This document shows positions 11,605-23,269 of a stretch of 64,000 bases of DNA, one piece after another. Source of the DNA: Chiloscyllium plagiosum. Lineage: Eukaryota. The stretch's first letter is position 1. The number at the start of each line of letters is the position of its first letter. The notes beneath the pieces were generated by a model. The model did not search any database, was not told the origin of the DNA, and saw only the letters and a list, made by a program, of their open reading frames with translations. The stretch is from assembly GCF_004010195.1 (NCBI RefSeq), contig NC_057754.1:10920911-10984910 (forward strand), given 5' to 3'. The translations under genes and the position numbers were made by a program.

Positions 11605-13020
11605 CTGAATGAGATTTATCCAAGGATTCGCTGGGAAGCCAGGGAGGAGATTGCAGAGCCTTTGGCTTTGATCTTTATGTCATCATTGTCTACAGGAATT
11701 GTGCCAGAAGACTGGAGGACAGCAAATGTTGTCCCCTTGTTCAAGAAGGGGAGTAGAGACAACAGTGGAAATTATAGACCAGTGAGCCTTACTTTGGTTG
11801 TGGGTAATGTGTTGGAAAAGGGTATATGAGATAGGATTTATAATCATCTAGAGAGGAATAAGTTGATTAGGTATAGGCAACATGGTTTTGTGAAGTGTAG
11901 GTTGTGCCTCATAAATCTTATTGAGTTCTTTGAGATGGTGACCAAACAAGTGGATGAGGGTAAAGCGGTTGATGTGGTGTATATGGATTTCAGTAAGGCG
12001 TTTGATAGGCTATTGAACAAAATACTGAGGCACGGGATGGGGGTCATTTAGCAGTTTGGATCAGACACTGGCTAGCTGAAAGAAGACAGAGAGTGGTGTT
12101 TGATAGGAAATGTTCATCCTGGAGTTCAGTGTTTAGTTCTGTACTGAAGGATCTGTTTTGGGTCCACTGCTGTTTGTCATTTTTATAAATGACCTAGATG
12201 AGGGCATGGAAGAATGGGTTAGTAAATTTGTGGAAGACACTAATGTCGGTGGAGTTGTGGATACGGTTGAAGGATGTTGCAGGTTACAGAGGGACATAGA
12301 TAAGCTGCAGAGCTGGACTTAGAGGTGGCAAATGGAGTTTAATGCGGAAAAGTGTGAGGTGATTCACTTTGGAAGGAACTACAGGAAGAAAGAGTACTTG
12401 ATAGTGTGAATGAGCAGACAGAACACGGTGTCCATGTACATAGATCCCTGAAAGTTGCCACCCAGATTGATAGGGTTATTAAGAAGGCATACGGTGTGTT
12501 AGCTTTTATTGGTAGACGGATTGAGTTTTGGAGCCACGAGGTCATGCTGCAGCTGTACAAAACTCTGGTATGGCCGCAGTTGGAATGTTGCGCACAGTTC
12601 TGGTCACTGCATCACTGGAAGGATGTGGAAGCTTTGGAAAGGGTTCAGAGGACATTTGCTAGGATGTTGTCTGGAATGGAGAGAAGATCTTATGAGGAAA
12701 GGCTGAAGGACTTAGGCTGTTTTTGTTGGAAAGAAGAAGATTGAGTGGTACAATTGAGACATACAAGATCATTAGATGGTTAGATAGCATGGATATTGAG
12801 AGCCTTTTTTGTCAGCTGGTGATGGCTAGCATGAAGGGACATAGCTTTAAATTGACCAGTGTTAGATATAGGACAGATGTCAGAGGTAGTTTCTTTACTT
12901 CAAGAGTAGTAGGGGCATGGAACACTGCCTGCAACAGTAGGAGACTTGCCCACTTTAAGGTCATTTAAATAGTCATTGGATAGGCATATGTATGAAAATG
13001 GATCAGTGTAGGATAGATGG
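11605..13020 (+). mobile_element. CR1 LINE RT to 3' region, decayed
   Basis: EAREEIAEPLALIF, VPEDWRTANVVPLFKKG, VYMDFSKAFD, LYKTLVWPQLECCAQFWS. Confidence 0.92.
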
Positions 13021-13129
13021 TGAAATTTGAATTTAGTACATATCTAGAGTTAGAAGGTAGTTTCATCACAACAACATAACGATTGTTGTAAAAATTCTTC
13101 TCACTTACCAATTGCCCTGAGGGAAGGGC

Positions 13130-13700
13130 ATCTCGGGTGCAGATGCATAGTTCCTTAAAAGTGAAGTCATAAGTAGACAGGGTGGTTAACTAGCCATTTG
13201 GCATACATGCCTTCATTGGTCAAAACATTGAGCATAGGAATTGGGACATAAACTCTTTTCCCTGGGGTAGGGGAGTCCAGAACTAGAGGGCTTAGGTTTA
13301 GAGTGAGAGGGGAAAGATATAAAAGAGACCTAAGGGGCAACTTTTTCATGCAGAGGGTGATACGTGTATGGAATGAGCTGCCAGAGGATGTGGTGGAGGC
13401 TGGTACAATTGCAACATTTAAGAAGCATTTGGATGGGTATATGAATAGGAAGGGTTTGGAGGGATATGGGCCGGGTCCTGGCAGGTGGAACTAGATTGAA
13501 TTTGGATATCTGGTCGGCATGGACGGGTTGAACCGATGGGTCTGCTTCCGTGCTGTACATCTCTATGATTCTATGACTCTATGTCGGTGAGGCCACTTTT
13601 AGAATATTAACCAAATACTCTCAAACGGGACCAGATCAGTTTAGGATATCTGGTTGGCGTGGATGAGTTGGACTAAAGGGTCTGTTTCCGTGCTGTATAA
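13130..13700 (+). mobile_element. CR1 LINE 3' fragments
   Basis: RGERYKRDLRGNFFMQRVIRVWNELPE and ctatgattctatgactctatg tail. Confidence 0.85.
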
Positions 13701-13749
13701 CCCCATAAGCAGGAAGATCAGGATTCTCAGTTTCATTGCTTTTTGATTA

Positions 13750-14115
13750 CATGAAGAGAAACATTTTCTGTGCTGTCCTGGCTATAATATGTCAACCATC
13801 TGAAAAATCACAGAAAGAAGCACACATACCAGACTGAGTTTGTTTCAGTTTACTTGACTGTGACCAATTACACAACTTCAAAACAAACATTGCAAAGTGT
13901 ACAAAACTTTTCAACTGTTCCATTGTTTCACAATCTCAGGAAATACAAGGACACCTGTGAAGAAATGTGAAGAATGTGATAAAAGATTTGATTACCAATC
14001 CCTGCTGGAAAACCATCAACATAATCACACTGGAGAGAGGCCATTTATTCATTCTGTGTATGGGAAGGGATTTACTTAGTCATCTGGCTTTTGGTCACAC
14101 CAGCGGGTTCACACT
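13750..14115 (+). pseudogene. C2H2 zinc-finger pseudogene fragment
   Basis: CEECDKRFDYQSLLENHQHNHTGERPF followed by a finger lacking cysteines and an in-frame stop. Confidence 0.75.
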
Positions 14116-14659
14116 CAACACCATGAATCTACATGTGACTCCAGCAGTTGAAGTCTGTGACCATTGCTGCTGTTTCACGAGTTTATAGATACATTATCAA
14201 TTCTTATTATCCTTCCTGATGCATCTGGATGATCCATTTAGTTGCGTTTCCCTTTACATTGCTTCTTTGCTCTAGTATTTGAATCTCCGGCCTTGTGTCT
14301 ATCTGTAAAAGCAAAACAAGTCACAACACAATCCTTCTAAAAACTCAGCAGTGGTGCCTTTACCAGTCATAACCTGTGGCGGTGAAGTATCCACATCACA
14401 GTGAGAGTGATGCACAGGTGCAATGTCAGGAACACGCGTAGTGCATTTGGTGAATTTGCGGCCCAGGTAAAGGGAGGAATGGACCTGGCAGCTGGACAAT
14501 GTGACTCCTTTTGGAAACAGTGTGTCTGGCTGCAAAGGGCAGGTAAGGAGCTCCTGGCACTGGTTGGTAGAAAGTTGGGGCAGTGAGCTGGACTGACAGA
14601 GACAGTCAGGAGGGGAGAATCTGTAATTTGCAACCCAGGGAAATGTTTATCTCTTTTTT

Positions 14660-14955
14660 AGATTAGATTCCCTACAGTGTGGAAACAGGCCTTTCGGTCC
14701 AACCAGTCCACATCAACCCTCCGAAGAGTAACCCACCCAGACCCACTTCCCTCTGACTAATGCACCTATGACTATGGGCAATTTAGCATGGCCTGCACAT
14801 CTTTGGACTGTGGGAGGAAACCGGAGCATCCGGAGGAAACCCACGCAGACACAGGAAGAATGTGCAAACTCTACACAGTCGCCCAAGGTTGGAATTGAAC
14901 CAGGGATCCTGATGCTGTGAGGCAGCAGTGATTACCACTGAGCCAATGTGCCATC
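14660..14955 (-). mobile_element. HE1-type tRNA-derived SINE
   Basis: Reverse complement of the HE1-like element at 32640-32950. Confidence 0.9.
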
Positions 14956-15597
14956 TCTTCGTAATCTCCATCCTGCACTGACACAGATTGAGTTTATAAA
15001 CTTAAAATAATGTAGCCTTTGAGAAAGATTAAACAGATTGGGGCATTTAAGGAAAACTGAGCAGTGACCTATTAATGCAGTTTAAAATGCTCAATGTTTT
15101 GGATAGGGGTCAATATGTAGAGAATGTTTCCACATGAAATTTCTTCACTCAGTTAATGATTAAAATGTGGAATTCACAGCAAATAGTGCAGACAGAGAGA
15201 GAGATATGTTCAAAAGTAGACTCAATAAACCTGACAGGGAGATGGGATAAGAAAAATAAGTCAGAAGACAGATGAGATGAAGAGAATGGGAGAGGAAACA
15301 TACATCAGAAGAGTAATTAGACTGAAAAGCATTTTTGTTTCTTTCATATTCTAAGTATTCCATATTAAACATTTTTTGCAGGGTATTCAGAAGTTTGTAC
15401 TTATATCCAGAAGGTGAACCAATGCATCATATCAAAATCTGACAAAGTCATTCAGTTAATTAGAATCTGAACATCATCAGCTTCTGAAGAAACACTTCAT
15501 GTAAGAAAAGATTTTAAACATCAGTGTGACTGCAAAACTGCCAAGACACACATACCCGAGGGAGAGTGTTCCAGTGAACATACTGTGGAAAGAGTAG

Positions 15598-15725
15598 GAG
15601 AAAGTGAGGACTGCAAATGCTGGAGTACCAGAGTTGAAAAATGTGGTGCTGGAAAAACACAGCAGGCCAGGCAGCATCCGAGGAGCAGGAGAGTCGACAT
15701 TTCGGGCATAAGCCCTTCTTCAGGA
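15598..15725 (-). mobile_element. Penelope family A pseudo-LTR
   Basis: Minus strand CTGAAGAAGGGCTTATGCCCGAAATGTC plus conserved tail. Confidence 0.85.
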
Positions 15726-15872
15726 ATGGGGCAGGACAGTGTCAAGGTATTCAGAGATGGGGACAGGACAGTGTCGAGGTATGCAGAGATGGGGACAGGA
15801 CAGTGTCGAGGTATGCAGAGATGGGGACAGGACAGTGTCGAGGTATGCAGGGACAGAACAGTGTCGAGGTAG
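15726..15872. repeat. 32-bp minisatellite, ~4.5 copies
   Basis: Unit atggggacaggacagtgtcgaggtatgcagag at 15757, 15789, 15821 with degenerate flanking copies. Confidence 0.95.
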
Positions 15873-16635
15873 GCATGGAAAGAGTAGCCCAGCTACTCAG
15901 CCTGAAAAATAATTACACCATCCACAATGGGGAGAGACCATCAATGTGTTCTATCTGTGGAAATCAATTTCAGTCAATCACTGAAGTTGGAAAGAATCAA
16001 GGACACTGACACTATGGAGAAACTGTGGGAATGTTGGGACTGTGGGAAGGGATTCAGTTACCCAGCAGGGTTGGAAAGTCATCAACCCATTAAGCTGTTC
16101 CATCTGTGGGAAGGGATTCACTCAGTCATCCACCCTCTGCATACGCCAGGTTCACAATGGGAGAAGCCATTCACCTGCAGGGAGGGAATTAATGCTCTTT
16201 CAACCCTCTGGATTCATGAGCAGGTGCACTCTGATGAAAGACTGTTTGAATATTCTGACTGTGAGAAGAGTTTTAAAAACAGAAAGGATATATTGATACA
16301 TCAACACAGTCACACTGGGGAGAGAACATTCAGCTGTAATGTTTGTGGAAAAGGATTCATTCAGTCATCTCAGCTCCTGATACACCAACTTATTCACACT
16401 GATAACAGACCTTTTAGAAGTACTGACTGTGAGAAGAGCTTTAAAAGTAAAAAAGATTTACTGAACCACCAATGTGCTCTAACTGGGGAGAAACATTCAT
16501 CTGCTCCGTTTGTAGAAAGGGATTCACTAGTTCATCCTAACTTAAAACACACACTGATGAGACACCTTTTGGATGTCCTGATTGTGAAAAGAAATTAAAC
16601 ACTCACACTGGGAAGAGGCCATTCCTCAGCTCTGT

Positions 16636-17125
16636 ATGTTGTGAAACTTGAAAGGGTTTAAGGATGTTGCTAGGGTTGGAGGATTTGAGCTATCAGGAGA
16701 GGTTGAATAGGCTGGGGCTGTTTTCCTTGGAGCATCGGAGGCTGAGGGGGGGACCTTATAGAGACTTATAAAATCATGTGAGGCATGGATAGGATAAATA
16801 AGTAAAGGCTTATCCCTGGGGTCGGAGAGTTCAGAACTAGACCGCATAGGTTTAGGGTGAGAGGGGAAAGATATAAAAGAGACCTAAGGGGCAACTTTTT
16901 CACGCGGAGGATGGTACGTATATGGAATGAGCTGTCAGAGGAAGTGGTGAAGGCTTGTACAATTACAACATTTAAAAGGCATCTGGATGGGTATATGAAT
17001 AGGAAGGGTTTGGAGGGATATGGGCCAGGTGTTGGCAGGTGGGACTAGATTGGGTTGTGAATCTGGTCAGCATGGACGGGTTGGACCGAAGGGTCTGTTT
17101 CCGTGCTGTCTGTCTCTATGACTCT
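16636..17125 (+). mobile_element. CR1 LINE 3' end
   Basis: RGERYKRDLRGNFFTRRMVRIWNELSE; ctatgactct tail. Confidence 0.9.
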
Positions 17126-17231
17126 AAACGAAACTGATTAGGATCTTTCCAGGATTGGAGAATTGTGGCTGTGAGGAAAGAATGGATAGGCTGGGGATAT
17201 TTTCTAGGTGGAAGCGAAGACTGCACCTGTT

Positions 17232-17440
17232 GGAGATTAGAGTCGAGAGTGTGGTGCTGGAAAAGCACAGCAGGTCAGACAGCATCCAAGGAGCCGGAAA
17301 ATCAACATTTTGTTCAAAGTTTGTGCGAAGATTTGTAGCTCGGGTGCTCGTTGCTGTGGTTCTGTTTGCTGAAAAACTTCCAGCTCGGCGAACAGAACCA
17401 CAGCAATCAACATTTTGGGCAAAAGCCCTTCAAGAGGAAT
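17232..17440 (-). mobile_element. Penelope family A fragment with a nested mini inverted Penelope-like end (17313-17404)
   Basis: TSD aatcaacattttg at 17300-17312 and 17405-17417; inner arms ttgctgtggttctgtttgctga / tcggcgaacagaaccacagcaa. Confidence 0.75.
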
Positions 17441-18349
17441 CTGTGGAACAAAGGAGACTGAGGTGACATTTAATTAAAGTGATAAAATTGTGAAGATTCC
17501 AGACAGAGGGGATAGGAAGGAGCTACGCATTAACAGATCAGTAACTGGAGATTTTAGATTGAAAGTAATTCACAGACACGGGGGGAGGGAAGAATAATTT
17601 CACTCAGAGATGGTGGGAAACTGGAACTCTATCTAATAAGGTGACAGAGTCAGAAATCCTCATCACATTGAAGAAAAAGATACAGATACACGAAACATAG
17701 AGGACTATGGACTAAGATCTGCAGAGTGGGATTAGCTGCCATAGTTCTATTTCAGCCAATGAAAGCACAGTGAGCCAACTGGCCTCAATCTGTTTTATAA
17801 GTTTCTGACTTATTTTAGTCTGATCATTGCAGTTTGTTTCTGATGATATTCATAGTCTCACAAATTGGACTTGAGTTTAATATTCTGGAGAAATGTTAAA
17901 TAAATCAGCTTTGCTTCAAACATGTCACTGTAGATTGTTGTATTTCTCCCTCGTATTTAATATCAGCTGGAGTTCAGAAAGGACAATCTCGAATGAGGAT
18001 TGCATGGCAGCAATAGAGCATCAGCCTGCACATTTCCTTCAGGGTCACACTGAGGGGGACAAATGGCACTTTGGTCTTTCTTGTCTCTTTACTGATAACA
18101 AAGTCCCTGTCTGAATCAATCTTGTGGAATGTAAGAAATGTGTCCCAGTTAGTGTCTTCAATGGTTCAGAACTTCCAGACACGTAACCGAATCTCATTTA
18201 CAACTGGACTTAGGGGTCAGAAGGATTCCAAGCCTCACATTTTAATGTTTTCCCAGTATGGCTGCGGACATGTTTGGAAAGGTCAGGTGATCGATTAAAA
18301 CCACTGTGGGGAACAGTGGGCTAAGGTACTGCCATGAGGGGTCTTGGAA

Positions 18350-19065
18350 AAGTAGAGTCATACAGCACAGAAACAGACACTTTTGGTCCAACCAGTCCAT
18401 GCCAAAAATAATCCCAAACTAAATTATATCCCTCCAAACCTTCCCAATGACTGTACTTATCCAAATGTTTTTTAAATGTTGTAACTGTGCCTACATCCAT
18501 CACTTCCTCTGGAAGTTCATTCCACACACGAACCACTCTGTCTTAACAGGTGCCCTTTATATCTTTTTTTAATTGTCTCTAGATGCCCCTAGTCTTGAAA
18601 TCCTCAATCCTAGGGAAAAGACACTTACCATTAATCTTATCTATCCCTTCTATTTTTATGAACCACTATATGATCACCTCTCAATCTCCTACACTCCAAT
18701 GAAAAATGTCCCAGCCTATCCAGACTCTCCTTACATAACTCACAACTTTCATACAAATCAACATCCTGTTTATTTTCTTCTGAACCTTCCCCAGATGAAT
18801 AGTATCCTTCCTAAAACAGAGTGACGAGAACTGGACACTGTACTCCAGAAGAAGCCACACCACCATTCCATATAACCTCAAAATGACTCCTTTATTGGGA
18901 ATGTGCTGGTCAATCCCCATCTCTCAGGCTGCTAACTTGAGGCAGTATTAACATGCTGTTCCCTGGCATACTATTGCACTGTCTCCCAGTACTTGGCCCA
19001 TCTGATCAAGGTCCTGTTGTACCCTGAGACAACCTTGACTGCACAGTACACCACCATTTTGGTGT
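18350..19065 (-). mobile_element. Old CR1 LINE 3' part
   Basis: VRVWNELPEEV, LEYSVQFSS. Confidence 0.8.
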
Positions 19066-19454
19066 CATTTGCAAACTTACTAACAATATGTAGTTCTGAG
19101 GAGATTACAGAGATAGGGAGGATTGTAAGACTGGAAGAGATTATGCAGATAGGGAGGATTTGTGAGGCTGGAGGAGATTATCATCTAAACAGCACTCTAG
19201 TGTACTAACAGCATATGAATAGCACAGTTCAAAAAGGCAGTTTGCCATGACTTTGTCCAAGTCAAATAAAGACAGACAAAAAATATTGGTCTGGATAGCA
19301 AAAAGCCACTGTATACCTAAAGTAAAATTAAGATGAATGTTTTTTGGAGAGGATGCAGAAGCTCAGATAATTCTCCTTGAGAAGGTTAAGCAGTGATCTA
19401 GTGGATTTTTTCAGGATATTTCCAGGATATTTCAATTGCACAGAGAGAATCATA

Positions 19455-19740
19455 GATTCCCTACACAGTGAAAATAGGCCATTTGGTCCAACATGTCCAC
19501 ACTGGCTCTCTGAAGAGCACCCCATCCTACCTATGTATTACCCACAGACTAATCCATATAATTTTAAAGATCTGTGGACATGATGGGTAACTTAGCATGG
19601 CCAATCCACTTAACCTGCACACCTTTGGACTGTGGGAGGAAACTGAGGCAGGCACAGGGAGAATGGGCAAACTCCACACAGCCTGATGTTGGAATCAAAC
19701 CCTGGTCTCTGGTGCTGTGAGGCTGCGGTGCTGCCATGTC
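19455..19740 (-). mobile_element. HE1-type SINE, diverged
   Basis: ttagcatggccaatccacttaacctgcacacctttggactgtgggaggaaac core. Confidence 0.8.
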
Positions 19741-20049
19741 ACAATGTTTGGTTACCACAGAACATATCTTTCAGATAATTGCCAAATGATGCAAAGTGAA
19801 AATGTGAAGATTGTGTGAATCTGGAAACAGACTGAACGTCAGGCTGAATGCAGATTTAGCAGTTACTCTCAAAAGAGATTTGATATTTAACTTTTCAAGG
19901 AAAGATTTGCAGGCTTATGGCAAAGGCAAGAGAATCCAGTAGATTTACAGCAATTCTCAACTGAGAAAGTACAGCTCCAATGGGCTGAATGGCCACCAGA
20001 CCATGTGCTGTGATACTGCACTGTGAATAATGAAGCTCATTCGAGGGCA

Positions 20050-20345
20050 AAGTTAAAAATCACACAACACCAGGTTATAGTCCAACAGGTTTATTTAGAA
20101 GCACTAGCTTTCAGAGTGCCGCTCCTTCATCAGGTGGCTGTGGAGGTTAAGATCATGCTCACAGAATTTATAGCCAAAGGATTAGATTAGAACTTTCATT
20201 TTTTATAATGGGACATGCTGGTTTCTGTTCTTTGATATGTAAATCCCAGAACTTCTTTTAAATTACATTCCCAAGACAGCTCTGGTTTTTAAACAATAGG
20301 TGTGAAGTCTGTCTGTGTCCCAAAGCTATGTCAGACTGACAAACC
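20050..20345 (-). mobile_element. Penelope-like family B pseudo-LTR with hammerhead motif (~20102-20136)
   Basis: Minus strand CAC-CTGATGA-A-GGAGCGGCACTCT-GAAAGCTA-GTG. Confidence 0.75.
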
Positions 20346-20399
20346 CTCTGTATAGCTTTGCAGAGTTTTCCCTGACTTCACGCAGTTTTTCAGCACAAA

Positions 20400-20830
20400 A
20401 GCTCAGGGCAGAGAGAGAGGAGGTTCCGCCACTCACCTCACAATGGAGTCCGGCTAATTGACGGCAGCTCCCCCACCAATAGGAGTGAACGAGGGGCGTG
20501 ACAAGCATGATGACACGTCACCATGAACGCTGCTGGTACAGTGTTGTTGTGACTGGAGTCCGATTGAGTGTAGCCGGGAAAGCGGGAGAAACAGTGGGAC
20601 CGGGAGGAAAACTGGGTCAGTCTGGGCTGTGGGAGACTTTATGAAGACCCGGTATAGGCCACTAGACCCGAGTTAGAAAACCCCAGTCCCGCCTTTGCAT
20701 GTGGAAGCTGGCTGTGAGCCTGAGGTAGTGATACCACCCGGGTTACCAGCACGTTTATTAGGAGCGATGTGCAGCAGTACACGTGTGTGTGTGTGCTTCT
20801 TCCCGGGTTGGGGGGCGGGCGATCTGAAGA
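20400..20830 (+). promoter_or_regulatory. CpG-enriched promoter-like region, paralogous to the 42.9-kb module
   Basis: gagtccggctaattgacgg...ccaatagg (20446-20483), CRE-like tgacacgtca, GC box ggggcggg, locally raised CpG. Confidence 0.6.
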
Positions 20831-21004
20831 GAAGCATTTACACAATAAACTGAAATCAAGAGAAATATCATTCGTATTTAACTGCGGAAGGAGTTGGTGA
20901 GAAAATATCTCGGATAATTTTGTAACTCGTCAAATTCATGGTTAGATTACCCCTGGGATGTGTTCAATTCTGGGCCCTGCAGCTGAGAGAAATCGCCGTA
21001 AAAG

Positions 21005-21180
21005 GAAACACACACTTGCCAAATAACACTTGCCTCCTCTCAGCCTAGTATAAATACCTCCCTATTTCTCCCTTTTTTTAGCTTTGACAAAGGGTCAGTT
21101 AGACTCGAAACGTCAGCTCTTTTCTCTCCTGACAGATGTTGCCAGACCTGCTGAGATTTTCCAGCATTTTCTCATTTGGT
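21005..21180 (+). mobile_element. Penelope-like family D terminal repeat with variant hammerhead (21080-21118)
   Basis: AGCT-TTGACAA-A-GGGTC-AGTTA-GACTC-GAAAC-GTC-AGCT, followed by the shared ccagacctgctgag...tttccagca tail. Confidence 0.65.
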
Positions 21181-21437
21181 GTCAAAATAACACGTCAGCT
21201 CTTTGAGAGATCAGTCACATACTTAATAATTTTAGCCTATATATTCCCCATTCTCAAATACCTGCAAAATTCCCTTTAAAATTCCTTATCGGCTTGAATT
21301 CCATCATCATTTCAGGTGATTCCAGATCCCGACAATTCTATTTATCCTGAACCTGCTGAAGTTCATGTTGAATCCAGAAGGTTATACTGTGCTAAACTGA
21401 AAGATGAGCTGCATTGCAACGTTTAGAATAGGACATC

Positions 21438-21765
21438 ACTACAGTGTGGAAACAGGCTATTTGGCCCAGGGAGTCCACACTGACCAAGAGCATCCAAACC
21501 AGACTCAGCCCTTGACACTATCTCCGTAACACCGCATTTCCCATGGCTAACACACCTAACCTTCACATCCCTGAACACTATGGATAATTTAGCATGGCCA
21601 ATCCACTGAACTTACAAATCTTCAGACAGTAGGAGGAAACCAGAGCATTCGGCAGTAACCCACGCAGACATGGGGAGGACGTGCAATCTCCACACAGATA
21701 GTTGTCAAAGCCGGGTCAAATATGACGCTATGAAGCAGCAGTGCCTACCACTCAGCCACTGTGGT
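21438..21765 (-). mobile_element. HE1-type SINE, diverged
   Basis: ctacagtgtggaaacaggc tail and gcagcagtgc head region. Confidence 0.8.
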
Positions 21766-21779
21766 CACACCATTTTTCA

Positions 21780-22620
21780 AGGTGGTCACACCACAGGTAA
21801 GAATTACATAGGTAGAAAGGGAATGGACAACCAGACAAAGTAAAGGGCACATAAAGAAAGTGCAAGAGTCTCCAGTAGTCTTCCCCCGCTTGGATATACT
21901 GCTTTGGATGCTGTTTGGGGTTGTTAGGGGTGGTCTCTTAGGGGGAATCTGCAAGAGTGAAGCTCATGGCACCACAGGTGGTCAGCTGCATAAAAGGAGA
22001 GGAAAACAAGTGGCGAAGCAATAGTGACAGGGGATTCAAAATAGGACTGCAGTCAGATGTGAATCCAGATGGTATGTGACCTACCCGGTGCCAGGATGAA
22101 AGATGTCCTGGAGTGGCTGCAGGACATTCTGAAGCAGGAGGATGAACAGCCAGTGGTCGTGGTTCACATAGGGACTGTTGACATAGTTAAACAGAGGGAA
22201 AAGTACCTGAAAGATGAATACAGGAAGATAAGAGATACATTAAAATGCAGGAGTTCCAATGAATAATGTCAGACTTACTCCCAATGCCACATGCTAGCGA
22301 GAGCAGGAATGGGAGGATTGATCAGATGAATGTGTGGCTGGAGAAATGCTGTAGCAGAATAGCCTTTATTGAGGAATTGGGACTGTTTCTATGGGATATA
22401 GGACCTGTGTCACCTTATTTATCCTGGACAAAGCTGGGACAAATCTCTTGGAGGATTTTGCTCGTTCCTTTGGAGAGGTTTTAAATTAGTATGGCAGGGG
22501 AATGGGCGTCAACACAAAGGCTTTGAGGGGTCAGATTCAGATCAGGAATTGAGAGCTAGAATATTAGTTAATGATGCAGTCATTGCCCAGAAAGACAAAA
22601 GAAAGCAGGATTAAACAAGG
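21780..22620 (+). mobile_element. CR1 ORF1 esterase (SGNH-like) fragment
   Basis: MVCDLPGARMKDVLEWLQDILKQEDEQPVVVVHIGT; SDLLPMPHASESRN. Confidence 0.8.
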
Positions 22621-22854
22621 AAAGATTCTCTCTTCATCAGTCAGTCCTGACCTCCCAGAAATCAGTCTGGTGAACATTCTTTACTCTATTTCAATAGCAA
22701 GGTCATCCATCCTTGGGAAAGGAGAATAAAGATGCACACTGTACTCCAAAGCCTTTGTAGAAAGATATCCCTGCTCCTGTACTCAAATCCTCTCACTATG
22801 AAGATCAACATATCATTTGCATTCTTCACTACCTGTCGCACTTACCTGCTCAGT

Positions 22855-22948
22855 GTCAAAAAGTGTGATGCTGGAAAAGCACAGCCAGTCAGGCAGCATT
22901 CCAGGAGCAGGAGAGTCGACGTTTCAAGCATAAGCTCTTCATCAGGTA
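22855..22948 (-). mobile_element. Penelope family A fragment with intact hammerhead core
   Basis: Minus strand CTGATGA-A-GAGC-TTAT-GCTT-GAAAC-GTC. Confidence 0.75.
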
Positions 22949-23269
22949 TTTGAGTCAAACTGCTTAGTCAAAGAAAGACTCACAGAGAAACACTGAACAA
23001 AATGGGGTCAGAGTCTCTGATATAAAATTGTGAAACTCAATGTCCCCATCGTATCCATGCTAGTCATCAAGCAGCTATTTATTCTCGTACCACTTTCCAG
23101 TATTCAGTGTGTAACCGATATTGCAGTGCCTTATATGATGATCTAAACATTTCTTCAAAGTTGCAATTGTTCCTGCATCTGTTACTATTTAAGATGCTGC
23201 CAGACCTGCTGAATGTCTCTAGCATTTTCTGATTTTATTTCGGATTTCCATACTTTATTTAAGCACTTA

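Larger units (their letters stand above)
15380..16625 (+). pseudogene. Multi-finger C2H2 ZNF pseudogene interrupted by a Penelope+minisatellite insertion
   Basis: CWDCGKGF, HSHTGERTFSCNVCGKGFIQSSQLLIHQLIH; several fingers lack Cys/His or shift frame; insertion at 15598-15875; CR1 abuts the 3' end. Confidence 0.8.

Noticed and set aside
15585..16009. Repetitive peptide ORFs
   Set aside because: Translation of the 32-bp minisatellite and a Penelope fragment.
15927..16598. 223-aa ORF as an intact ZNF gene
   Set aside because: Its first part and tail are out of the finger frame, most fingers lack zinc ligands, and the upstream part is interrupted by an insertion.
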